DNA of 64,000 nt from Octopus vulgaris (Eukaryota): contig OX597826.1 in the NCBI GenBank assembly GCA_951406725.2, positions 4,278,001 to 4,342,000 on the forward strand. Reading direction: 5' to 3'. Position 1 is the stretch's first letter, and every line of letters starts with the position of its first letter. Below are positions 23,850-35,698 of this stretch, piece after piece. Both the position numbers and the translations under genes were made by a program. The notes beneath the pieces are model-generated. The model ran no database searches. It had not been told where the DNA came from and worked only from the letters and a program-made list of their open reading frames with translations.

Positions 23850-24272
23850 TGTGTCTTCTACTGTAGCCTCGGGCTGACCAAAAACTCGTGAGTGGATTTG
23901 GTAGACGGAAACTGAGAGAAGCCCGTTGTATATATGTATATGTATATATATATGTGTGTGTGTGTGTGTGTTTGTGTGTCTGTGTTTGTCACTCCAACAT
24001 CGCTTGACAACCGATGTTGGTGTGTATACGTCCTCGTAACTTAACGGTTCGGCAATCATCATCATCATTGTTCGACTGTGGTCGAGACAATGGAATTTAC
24101 CATGCTACGCCAGACTTCACGGTCCATCATGGCATTACGGTTCGGCAAAAGAGACCGATAGAATAAGTACTAGGCTTACAAAGAATAAGTCTTGGGGTCG
24201 ATTTTCTCGACTAAAAGAGAGTGCTCCAGCATGGCCACAGTCAAATGACTGAAACAAGTAAAAGAGTAAAAG
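23850..24272 (+). mobile_element. SINE family A (5'-truncated) interrupted by an RTE insertion
   Basis: Colinear with about 5795-6105 apart from the insert at 24056-24136; another degenerate copy at about 23620-23830. Confidence 0.85.
24056..24136 (-). mobile_element. Extremely 5'-truncated RTE-clade LINE insertion (81 bp)
   Basis: Minus strand reads NAMMDREVWRSMVNSIVSTTVEQ* (RTE C-terminal DR..WR motif) followed by a (TGA)n tail. Perfect 12 bp TSD ACGGTTCGGCAA at 24044-24055 and 24137-24148. Confidence 0.88.
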
Positions 24273-25279
24273 GGTATGCGTGAGCTGTCGTAACATCACA
24301 AAATATGGTGGTTGTTTCGTAATGAAAATTGTAAATTTATTCAAAAGCGGATTTTCAGCGTCCAGCGTAATTGCGCGATTGATTTTAGCGAATGAGGTAC
24401 CATCTATGCAGTCACTCGACATCCTGGAAACAGCAGCTAGATCATACAAAAAAATTAATTCTACTATTGTAAATAAAGAACATATAATATGCCTGATACA
24501 TCTAATCAGAGACAAAGCGGGATGGTGAAAGGCGGAAATCATCTGATTATGGATCTGGACGAACAAGACTGAATATACCTTGGTCTAAAGAACTACAATA
24601 ACAAAATCAACTTCCCACTGCATCATTTGATTTTCTTTTTTCTTTTTCAAGTTCAGTTTAGTGAAATCGTTAACAGTTTCCTCAAATGGAACAAAGACGG
24701 AATTTGAAAGCCGATGATAAAGAGAAGGACAAGGAGAAGGCAGCTGTAAGATAGGAAAGGAAGTATAAAGAAGTAGAAAAAGGAACCCATAGAGAAAGAG
24801 AGAGAGAGGAGGGAAGAGAGATTGGAAAATAGTGAAAGAATGAGAGTAAGAAAAGGGAGATGGAGAGAGAGATAAGTAAAGTGCAAAGCAAGGTTAAATC
24901 ACAAAGAGTGGCAGGAGAGACATCGTTAATATATAACAGCAAAGCAATAACACCAAACAGCTGTTGCCTTCACATAACATTTCAGCATGATGAATTGGTT
25001 AAGTCTTTTCGACATTAGAGCTGCAATAACGAGGTCGATCTCACTTGACAGTTTCCACATCATTTACTGCTGCTTTCTACTATTATTACAACTGCTGCTA
25101 ATAATAATGATAATAATAAAGCTACAATTATTATTATTTCTCTTTATCATATGTTTTGCTGGAATTCCTGGAGCCTTACATTCGTAGCGGGCTTGCTACC
25201 TGCAGCCTACGGTAGGTACCATGCTATCCATTCTTTTCAAATATCTAATACTTCCTTTATCATTATAAGGCAGAAATTT

Positions 25280-25777
25280 GAGCACGCTGGGCGAAATGCG
25301 TAGCCGTATTTCATCTGCCGTTACGTTCTGGGTTCAAATTCCGCCGAGGTCAACTTTGCCTTTCATCCTTTCGGGGTCGATAAATTAAGTAGCAGTTACG
25401 CATTGGGGTCGATGTAATCGACTTAATCCGTTTGTCTGTCCTTGTTTGTCCCCTCTGTGTTTAGCCCCTTGTGGGTAGTAAAGAAATATATTATTATTAC
25501 TATTATTATTATTATTATTGTTATTATTATTATTATCATTATTATTGTTGTCGTTTTTGTTGTTATTGTTATCATAAAGGCGGTGAGCTGGCAGAATCGT
25601 TACAGCGCCGGGCAATTTCGTCCGTCACTACGTTCTAAGTTCAAGTCCCGCCGAGGTCGACTTTGCCTTTCATCCTTTCGGTGTCGATAAATTAAGTACC
25701 AGTTACGCCCTGGGGACGATGTAACCGAATAGTCCCCTCCCCACAAATGTCAGGTCCTGTGCCTATAGTAGAAAAGA
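25280..25777 (+). mobile_element. Two SINE family B copies (25280-25487 with tail1; 25577-25777 with tail2)
   Basis: Family B core in both, with different 3' tails. Confidence 0.85.
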
Positions 25778-26049
25778 TCATCATCATCATCATTATTATT
25801 AGTATTATTATTATTATTGTTATTATTATTATTGTTGTTGTTGTTGTTATTATTATTATCATCATTATTATTATTATTGTTATTTCATGAGAGTTTCTTT
25901 ACTGCTGCATTACAGGTTACTTCACCGTTTACCGTTTCGCCAGTTGCATCTCCCTGCTCCTGGTGCGAGCACGTAGCTTTTTCTCAATAGGCGTGCGACC
26001 GTGCGACATTGTGTTTTTGTATGTTACATCTGCTTTGCTTAGTTGCCTT

Positions 26050-26127
<78 letters not shown>

Positions 26128-26351
26128 GTAAATGCTTTAGGTGTTATTTCACTGCTTTGATTGTTAGTCTGTTTTGTAGAATATCTCCTACGTTTACTTG
26201 TATCGCATTGTTGGGCGTCGACTGTGTTAGGTACGTTTATTGCGATGTGTGAGGTTTGAATATATGCTGTGATGAATACGTGCTGTGATGGCTGATTTAT
26301 ATGATTTGATGACAGTTGTGTAGTATAAAAGGCATGTTATTGTTGTCGTCG

Positions 26352-26838
26352 TCTTCTTCTTCTTCTTCCAATCAGGACGCACACCATTAGCTACAAAGTA
26401 TAATCTCTAATTCGAGCCTACTCTAAGCTACTAAGAATGCGTGTGGCAACCTGAAGATCCACCCACCACATGCGATAAACTGGCGGTTGCACGGGCGCGA
26501 AAGCTACGTTGTTATCTTCATTCCGTAAACGGTGGCTTTTTAACGGGTGGAGAGCCAAACCATCCTGGGGTACAGAAGATTCGCAATCTAGACTATGGTT
26601 TGAAAGTTTACCACACCATAGTGGGTTACACCATGGTTCCTCTGCTTTGTGGCAGATGAAAAGGTGAGATAAAGTTTTGGTGAAAGTGTACAGCGGGGTT
26701 CACCACCCTCCCCCGCCGGAGCATCGTGGAGCTTAAGTGTTATACTCAATAAACACTCACAATGCCCAGACCTGGAATCGAAACCACGTTCTTACGACCG
26801 CGAGTCTGCTGGCCTAACCACTGGGCTATTACGCCTCC
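26352..26838 (-). mobile_element. tRNA-derived SINE family C, tail type 2, near full length
   Basis: Head shared with 15479-15853, different ~290 bp 3' region, ends in (GAA)n. Confidence 0.88.
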
Positions 26839-27236
26839 ATTGTTGTTGCTGTTGTTATTGTTATAGTGTGAGTGATGTTTTGCATTACCGGGTGTCGATT
26901 GCGTAAAATAATGCTCATTGCATAGTGCGTGTGTAGAGTGAGTTCACGTTGTGCGGTTTGTATTTTATTACAGGGTAGTTCTTTCTTCTACTCCTACTTC
27001 TCCTCCGCCACCTTTGTGCCTTTGTAAGACATTATTACCATCGTCCAACCTGGTTTTGGTTGCTAATTCAAAGTCAATCCTCGGACAATTCTATAAAAGA
27101 ATTATGCTGCTTCGTTGATTTTATTTTGGATATTTTACTCTTTTACACGCTGTAGATCCCCGCTGTATCATTGCATATTCTATGTATTTCTTTAGACCCC
27201 ATGAACAATAAAAGGAATCAATATTGTTTGCATTAC

Positions 27237-27665
27237 AAAGACGGCCAGCTGGCAGAATCTTTAGCATGCCGGGCAAAAGGCGCAGGAGTATTTCGTCCGT
27301 CTTTACGTTTTGAGTTCAAATTCCACCGAGGTCGACTTTGCCTTTTATTCTTTCAAGATCGATAAAAAAAAGTACCAGGTGAGTACTGGAGTCGATGTAA
27401 TCGACTATCCCCCTCTCCCAAATTTCAGGCTTTGTGTCAACTGTAGAAAGGATTATAAGGCGGTGAGCTGGCCGAATCTTTAGTACGCCGGACAAAATGC
27501 TCAACCTCACTTCGTCCGTCTTTACGTTGAGTTCAAATCCGCCGTGGTTGCCTTCGGTTGTCACACTTTAGGACCCGATGAAATCAGTTGAACACTAGGG
27601 TCAACGTAATCAAATAACCCAATCAAAAAAAAAAAATTCAGGCTTGTAGCTATATTAGAAAGAAT
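27237..27665 (+). mobile_element. Two tandem older SINE family B monomers (tail2)
   Basis: Each has its own head (GCTGGC.GAATC), core and TTTCAGGCTT.GTG-type tail. Confidence 0.75.
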
Positions 27666-27737
27666 TATAAATGTTATTGTTGCTGATATTATCGTCGTTA
27701 TTAATAATTGTATTTAAATTTGTTCAGTTCAGTTGTT

Positions 27738-28115
27738 GGCACTCCGTCGGTTATGACGACGAGGGTTCCAGTTGATCCAATCAATGGAACAGTTTGCTCG
27801 TGAAATTAACGTGCAGGTGGCGGAGGACTCCACAGAAACGTGTACCCTTAACGTAATTCTCGGTGAGTTTCAGCGTGACACGGAGTATGACATGGCTGGC
27901 CCATTGAAATACAAGTACAACAGAAACAGGAAGAAAGAGTGAGAGAAAATTGTGGTGTCAGGGTACAGCAGGGACCGCTACCAACCCCTGCCGGAGCCTC
28001 GTGGAGCTTTACGTGTTTTCGTTCAATAAATACTTACAACGCCCAGTCTGGGAATCGAAACCGCGATCTTAAGACTGCGAGTTCGCTGCCCTAACCACTG
28101 GACCATTCGGCCTCC
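27738..28115 (-). mobile_element. SINE family C, tail type 1
   Basis: Colinear with 15479-15853. Confidence 0.88.
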
Positions 28116-29240
28116 ACTAAATTTGTTCAAACGTTTCATAATTTAGCAACATCAATTCTATTTTTCAAGTGTAACTGAAAACATCAACTTTGTTTTGTAT
28201 AGTTCAGACCAATCTTAATATTGCACATTTTGGTATTTCTACCCAGAACCGAACCGAAAGGGTCGACATTGATTTTGTTGTCCCCATTTTATTTTATTTC
28301 TAAGTCCAAGCTTAAAATGCTTTCATGATTTACAGGAAAATAGAGGATCAGAAAAAGTCAACAAATGACCAAACAAGTGAATTCTTTCTCGTCTGCAGGT
28401 TCGTAACTCTAAATATTTCAAGTCTTCATAACTGTTACGTCCTATCTAAATTATCGGGTATTTTACATTTTTTCCTTCCAATCAATTCTTTAAACATCTT
28501 TTAGCCTGACCTAATGGTTGGGGGGGGGGGGGTTGCACTCAGGATCGCCAGCGCGTGGTTTCGACTGTCGAACCGGGCGGCGTGTTGTGTTCTTGAGCAA
28601 AACATCTCATTTCATGTTGCTTTAGTGCCGTATAGGGACCGGTATACCAAAGAATACTAAGAAAACGAAAAGTGGTGGGTGAAGAAAAAGAATGTCTCAG
28701 CAGAAGCAGAATAAATATTTCTCCCTCTGAATGTAAAGTGAAAAAAAAAAACCTAAAAGGGTTAAAAGGAGCAGAGCGATGACGGTAAAATGTCAGGTTT
28801 ATTCAAAATATAAAGCAATCCTTCCCAAAAGAATCAAAGAGCTGAGAAGCGAAAGAGAGGACGAATTAGTACGTAGAGAAGGCGAAATATAACCAGTGTA
28901 CCGGAGATTTACAATACATTTGGTAAAAAAAATGCTACGGCAAATTGTTACCGTTTGAAACCGGAATAACTGGTTTGAAGAATCGTGGCGTGGCGAGTGC
29001 TCTGACCCGACCAACCAGGTAGATACAGAACTAGGTGACAATAAGTTACTCACGGTATGTCATTTCGTACTCACTAATAATTTGTTTTTATTTCATATGT
29101 ATTTCTTTATAGTTATATTTTTACAGGTCTTTTTGATTTATAAAATTTTGACATGTTTATATGTATAAATGCTCTTGACACATTCCTCTTGTTTTTATAT
29201 ATAATTTTATCTTAACATGCCACACGCGCTTTTATCTATT

Positions 29241-29771
29241 ACTAGACATAAGTTTCATAAACTACAAAATATAAATATCCACACTATCGCACTTGAAACG
29301 TACCTGTTATAACACTTTATCGCGATTTGAATGTTCGTGAAGGGATTTAGAATGCCCAAACTTATTTCTGAAAATGTCCTAAACACTGATGCTGATCATA
29401 GTTTAATCAAGAAGCGTAGGAGCGAGGTTGGTAAATGCACTAAAAATAGAGGGGTCAGTGAGACAACATTTAAGTGGCACTTCAAGAATTGAATCTCCTT
29501 ATGATACCCTCTAGGAGTTCATGGTGTGAAATTCATTACCATTGCTCCTATTAGGTCGCCAATGCCATGTATTTAGTTTAAAATACCGTAAAAATAGCGG
29601 GGGCTCAGTTGGGCCCCAATTAAGCGGCCCTTAAAAAGTAGACCCTCTTAGGACATTCCCTGGGATTAGGGGAGTTGTTGGTTTGAGTTTCGTTGTCCTT
29701 GCACCAACGGTCTAGGAGGAATTAACGAACATAAAAACGTAACGGACAGCGAAACCTCATTCTATTTTATA
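29241..29771 (-). mobile_element. Possible non-autonomous Helitron-like element with a diverged ~150 bp internal duplication
   Basis: The minus 5' end TATAAAATAGAATG...CTGTCCGTT...TTCCTCCTAGACCGTT resembles non-autonomous Helitron starts, and CTAGT lies at the far end. Blocks at about 29440-29555 and 29590-29710 are similar. No clear 3' hairpin. Confidence 0.3.
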
Positions 29772-30045
29772 ACCGAAATTTTATTTGTAAACAAAAGGCT
29801 GTGAGCTGGCAGACACATTAGCACGCCGGACAAAATCTTTGTATTTCGTCCGTCTATAGGTTTTAGGTTCAAATGCCGCTGAGGTCGACTTAGCCTTTCA
29901 TCCTTTCTGGGCGATAAAATAAGTATTAATCGAGAAGTGGGATCGATGTAATTGACTTACCCACTCCCTAAAAATTGCTGGCCGCGTGTCAAAAATTTGA
30001 AACTATTATTTACAGAGCCCAATGTTTGTCTCTAATATATGTATT

Positions 30046-30616
30046 AAGGCAGCGAGCTGGCAGAATCGTTAGCACACCGGGCGAAATGCTTAGCGGTATT
30101 TCGTCTGCCGTTACGTTCTGAGTTCAAATTCCGACGAGGCCGACTTTGCCTTTCATCCTTTCGGGGCCGATTAAATAAGTACCAGTTACGCACCGGGGTC
30201 GATATAATCGACTTAATCCGTTTGTCTGTCCTTTCTGTGTTTAGCCCCTTGTGGGTAGTAAAGAAATAGGTATTTCGTCTGCCGTTACGTTCTGAGTTCT
30301 AATTTCGCCGAGGTTGACTTTGCCTTTCATCCTTTCGGGGTCGATAAATTAAGTACCAGTTACGCACTGGGGTCGATGTAATCGACTTAATCCGCTTGTC
30401 TGTTCTTGTTTGTCCCCTCTGTGTTTAGCCCCTTGTGATCAATAAAGAAATAGGTATTTCGTCTGTCTTTACTTTCGGAGTTCAAATTCCGCCGAGGTCG
30501 ACTTTGCCTTTCATCCTTTCGGGGTCTATAAATTAAGTACCAGTTGCGCACTGGGTCGATCTAATTGATTCCAACCCACCTAGAATTTCGGGCCTTGTGC
30601 CTAGAGTAGAAAAGAA
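30046..30616 (+). mobile_element. SINE family B trimeric array: head-[core-tail1]x2-core-tail2
   Basis: Units start at GGTATTTCGTCTG at 30095, 30269 and 30453; junction AAAGAAATA|GGTATTTCG. Confidence 0.9.
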
Positions 30617-31498
30617 TACATTATATGTATGCGTGTATTGACTTGCTTTCTGTGACTCAGGAAGAATTATTTTACTTTCCATTCTGAATTGAAATCCTGC
30701 CAATGTTAACTTTGACTTTAATGCCTCGTGGGTCAATAAATAAATCGTACCAGTCAAGTACTGGAGTCCATACAATTCACTGTTCTTTTACACAAAAATT
30801 CCGGCCATTTGTGTATTTTAGAAACGATTGTTATTATTATTATGGTTTTATCAAAGAAAGCCATGTCTTGAAGCAAATCATTTATATACGCTGTTATAAT
30901 ATTTGTTTTCTATAACAGAAGTTTAGTTGTTATATTTATGCAACTGTTATTGTATCATGGAATAAGGAGGAGAGTTTATTTGTTATATATATCTTCCCCG
31001 TTTATGTGAAGAAATACTGTTAATTGTTATAGGTTTCTGCTTTCAAGGTAGATATTTCTTTTCAAAATGGATTCTCTTCTGTCGTGACGAAGAATTGAAT
31101 CCTATAGCAATGGTAGCTGACTTTTCTCTTTTGGAATAGGCGGGAAAGAAAATACGAGTCTTTTGAGTATTGTGAATATTCGTTCAAATAGTATCAATAA
31201 TTCTAACGTGAACAACAACAACAACAACAGCAACATCGACGATAACAATAACATGAGCAATTCTGACAATACAAAGAACAATATCGATTACAGAGTAATG
31301 CAAACATTTATGATAATGCCACGTAACAAGAACAACAACAGCAATCACAGTAGTGACAGCGAAGACAGCAAGCAGCATGAAAACGAATCGGTGGAGAGGG
31401 AAGCTGTAGGTCTCCATCAGAGGTTCTGGAAGTCTTTAGGAGTACGCAAGAAAAAATGCTGGGGCACATGCATTTTCCGGTTCAGTTCTAGATATTTA

Positions 31499-31599
31499 GG
31501 TGTAGGAGGGGCTGTGTGGTAAGTGTTTTCTACTATAACCTCGAGCTGACCAAAGCCTTGTGAGTGGATTTGGTAGACGGAAACTGAAAGAAGCCCGTC

Positions 31600-31641
<42 letters not shown>

Positions 31642-31875
31642 TTACTACCCACAAGGGGCTAAACACAGAAGGGACAAACAAGGACAGACAAGCGGATTAA
31701 GTCAATTACATCGACCCCAGTGCGTAACTGGTACTTAATTTATCGACCCCGAAAGGATGAAAGGCAAAGTCGACCTCGGCGGAATTTGAACTCAGAACGT
31801 AGCGGCAGACGAAATACGGCTACGCATTTCACCCGGCGTGCTAGCGTTTCTGCCAGCTCGCTGCCTTTGTGTGAG

Positions 31876-31907
<32 letters not shown>

Positions 31908-32104
31908 GTGTGTGTGTCTGTGTTTGCCCCCCCCCCCTCCAACATCCCTTTACAACCGATGCTGGTGTGTTCACGTCCCCGTAACTTAGCGGTTCGGCAA
32001 AAGAGACTGATAGAATAAGTACTATGCTTACAAAGAAAAGTCCTTGGAACTAAAGGCGGTGCTCCAGCATGGCCACAGTCAAATTACTGAAACAAGTAAA
32101 AGAG
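31499..32104 (+). mobile_element. SINE family A carrying a nested family B copy
   Basis: Family A halves at 31499-31600 and 31905-32104 flank the internal (TA)n that holds the B insertion. Confidence 0.85.
31640..31867 (-). mobile_element. Young SINE family B (head-core-tail1) inserted in the (TA)n of SINE A
   Basis: Close reverse-complement match to 30046-30268. Confidence 0.9.
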
Positions 32105-32533
32105 TTCTGAGTGCAAATTTTAACATGATTAATTTTTTGCTTTTCATCCTTCTGCGGTAGTTAGAAAAGAAGAAGAAAAAAGCAACAGCCATGCATCAAG
32201 GCATCTGTATAAGGAATTGTTTCCCGCCTACAAAATTTCCGGCTTCATGTCTATTTAAGAAATAATAATTAGCATTGTTGAAGAAAATGAATGTAAAAAG
32301 AAGATTAGTTGAGTGACGAAAAAAATATCCTGTATTTAGAGATAAACTTTGACGTTCTGAGTTCAAGTCCTGCTGAACTCGCATCCATATTTTTTCTAGT
32401 CTTTTTTTTTTTTTTTGTATCAGGGCTTGAAGACAGAAGAATAAATTATAGCCAATCACTGTGGTTACCTAAAAATTCAACATTAAGTTTCTACATGTAT
32501 TAGATTTAACTGTTTTTAATACGGAAGGAGCTA

Positions 32534-33814
32534 CGAGGGGCGTTCAATAAGTAATGCCCCTGATCCACTTGAAGTTGTTCGATCTAGCTGAAATTTTGCA
32601 TGTGCAATTACTTATATCTCTATAGATTAAGTGGCAAATTACAGCTCTAAACTAATTGTGGTTTCTGATTTACAGGTGTTTGAACTGAGTCAAGTATGAA
32701 ATGGAGTCTGTTGAATGTCGAGCAGTGATCCGGTTTTTGTATTTGAAAGGACGCACACCACGGGAGACTTTTGATGAAATGAAAGTAACTTATTGTGATA
32801 ATGCCCCATCATATGACCTTGTAAAACGCTGGCATCGTGAATTCAAACATGGTTGGAACTCTGTGGAAACAGCTCCCAGATCTGGTCGCCCCCTTCTGCC
32901 ATTGATGAGGCATCTGTCCGTCAAGTTGAGGCTGCCATTTTGGAAGATCGACGCATAACTATTCGCGAAATAGCCCATGAGGTCAAGATTAGTACCGGGT
33001 CTGTGGAAACTATCATTCATGACCATTTGCATATGCAAAAGGTGTCTGCCAGATGGATTCCCAGGTTGCTCACATCTTTCCAGAAGCAAGAACGCGTCGA
33101 TTGATTTTGGAGATGTGCCAAGAAGATGAGTCAAAATTTTTCAAAAGACTGATTACACAGGATGAAACCTGGGTCCATCACTATGATCCAGAGACCAAAG
33201 CCCAGTCAATGCAGTGGAAGCACCGTGACTCCCCTCCTCCAAAGAAGGCAAGGGTGCAGCCCTCCGCTGGCAAGGTCATGCTCACAGTCTTCTGGGACCA
33301 GGACGAAGTAGTGATGACAGATTTCCTGGCAAATGGTGCCACAATTACAGGAGCCTATTATGCTTCACTTTTGAGGAAATTAAGAGAAGCTATCAAAATC
33401 AAGAGGCGGGGCAAGATCAGCAAAGGCATCCTCCTCCTGCAGGACAACGCTCTGGTCCACAACTCGCGTGTCGCCAGATCAGAAGCACAGGCGTGCGACT
33501 ATGAACTCCTCCCCCATCCCCCTACTCTTCTGACCTTGCACCTTCTGATTTTCACCTCTTCCCAGCCATGAAGTTGTTTTTGAAAGGAAAACGTTTCCCA
33601 GATGATGCAGCCTTGATTTCTGAAGTCACGTCGTGGTTGGAGGACCAAGCTGGTGTCTTCTACAAAAACGGTCTCCAGAGCTGCATCAAACGATGGGAGA
33701 AATGCGTAACTCTGGGTGGTTCCTATGTAGAAAAAGACTAATAACTGTGACAAGTTTCGTTGCTCTTCTGCTATGGGAAGTGGGTCAGAGGCATTACTTA
33801 TTGAACGCCCCTCG
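32534..33814 (+). mobile_element. Full-length mariner DNA transposon (1281 bp)
   Basis: 37 bp TIRs CGAGGGGCGTTCAATAAGTAATGCC(C/T)CTGA(T/C)CCACTT with 2 mismatches; TA duplications at 32532-33 and 33815-16. Confidence 0.97.
32701..33741 (+). pseudogene. Mariner DD34D transposase, frameshifted (probably irritans-type)
   Basis: MESVECRAVIRFL...RSGRP, WIPRLLT, ITQDETWVHHYDPE, LLQDNA, YSSDLAPSDFHLF, ending GGSYVEKD*. Frameshifts near 32890, 33100 and 33520. Confidence 0.95.
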
Positions 33815-34074
33815 TATAAGTTTTTTTCTGTAATACCGTACGTATTTGGTTCAGAGAAGAGCTAGAGAGGTTTTCATTCTGGCGAGACATCGAGGGACAT
33901 CTGTAGATGAACCAACGACATACTAGAAATTACAGCTCAATCACTCTCAATTCACACGCAATACTATATTTAAAATGGGTTACACATTGGCATCAGTATA
34001 ATCACTGCTGAGAAATAGACTTTATATGAAACGGAAGATGATTGCTGCGTAAAATAAGAGTACAATATTGGTTT

Positions 34075-34270
34075 AAAATTTTGGCACAAGGCAAGTGATT
34101 ACATTGATTATAAGTCGATTACATTGACACCAATATTCAACTGGTACTTATTTTATCGATCCCAAAAGGATGAAAGGCAAAGTTGACCATGGCGGAATTG
34201 AAACTCAGAACGTAGACTGACGAAATAGTGGTAAGAATTTTGCCAGGCGTGGTAACGATTCTGCCAGCTG
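34075..34270 (-). mobile_element. Older SINE family B monomer
   Basis: Core ATCGATCCCAAAAGGATGAAAGGCAAAGTTGACC. Confidence 0.8.
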
Positions 34271-34543
34271 GCGAGATGAACCGCAGCAATCTCAAAGCGG
34301 TCGATCGTCCATCATTAATAAGACCCAGGAAGGTCGGAATCACGGGATTCTGTGGCCTCGATGCTAGAGGTGGCGGGAATTTATCTCTCCTCTAGCGATA
34401 CAAACAAGAGTTTCCTTTGCAACATACCAATTTGAGATTTTCTCTTGTGGTATCTATTGAACTATAGTTTGTTCTGAGAGAACATCCATGTTTAACGGAT
34501 GATAAATATTACCGCTCGGTGTTAATACAGCCTCTGTCGCTAA

Positions 34544-34581
<38 letters not shown>

Positions 34582-35396
34582 ACTAGCTGGTTGCCTATCT
34601 GTCTATCTATCTGTGGCTAATAAAGAAACACGTCTATCTAAAGAAACATTTCTGTGTGTGTTGTGTGTGTGTGTGTGTGTTGTGTGTGTGTGTGCGCGCG
34701 CATATACACACACATATTCACTTTCGTATTCAAAAGGTGATTATCACTTGATTGGGCACTTCCATAGCGTATTAACTTTCACACGGAATGATTATGAGAG
34801 TACGTCTGTACATGTGTCTGTTTACCCCCCTCTCTCACTCTCTCTTCCTGTCTCTCTCAGCATGTTTCTCATATGACTCCATGTCCACTCTACCATAACG
34901 TATCACCTTTCAAAGACTGGCTACTTCCATGTCATGCTTCAGATCACAGCAGATATGCTGTATGGCTGCTATCAACAGTTGGTTGCTATAAGCTGAAGTA
35001 TAGCCGAACTTCGTATGCCGTCGGGTAACTATCAGAACAGAAGTTAGTTATATATTCCCTTCTCTGATTGAACACAGACAGGTGGTGCTGAAAAAGAGGG
35101 ACAGGTAGATGTGTAAAGGTTTTTTATTCGGTTTTAAACTTCGTACTAGGATTTATTGGCAATTAAGTTTATTTACTTTCTATTCGTTTCTTAACTTTTT
35201 TTTAAGTGCATCGTGTGAAATTCATAAAAATAAGGATTTCGAAAAATAGTCAGTCACCTACATACTAAAACACGCATACACAAACAAACATCAGTATATC
35301 CAAATGTATATATGTATGTGAGAGTATGAGCGTATATGTTTGTATGATATCGCCGTTATATATGAATACACACACACACACACACACACACTGATA

Positions 35397-35436
<40 letters not shown>

Positions 35437-35585
35437 ACTTATAAATAAGGGCAAACGAAAAAATTTCTAATGCCAAATATGCCGAAATTAGACACGTTGG
35501 CTATAACCATTATAATTTTTTCACAATACGCACGCTACTCAAAAAAGGTTGACAGAAATTTCTAAAAAATTCCATTATTACCATC

Positions 35586-35638
35586 ATATCGGACCGATTT
35601 CAGGGTTAGTTCGTAAGAACCCTCCCTTCGTCAGTGAC

Positions 35639-35640
<2 letters not shown>
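35586..35640 (-). ncRNA. Minimal type-I hammerhead-like motif (third family)
   Basis: ATGTCA-CTGACGA-AGGG AGGGTTCTTACGAACTAA CCCT-GAAA-TCG-GTC-CGATAT. Intact core boxes, stem II AGGG/CCCT, near-palindromic ATCGGT stem III, GUC site, stem I 5 of 6 pairs. Confidence 0.6.

Positions 35641-35698
<58 letters not shown>

Noticed and set aside
28790-29060. Coding-looking unique segment
   Set aside because: Stops in all plus frames, the 84 aa minus ORF has no recognisable motif, and there is no coherent splice pair.
32701-33741. Active or domesticated (SETMAR-like) transposase gene
   Set aside because: At least three frameshifts, intact TIRs with TA duplication, and no fused domain: an ordinary dead mariner copy.
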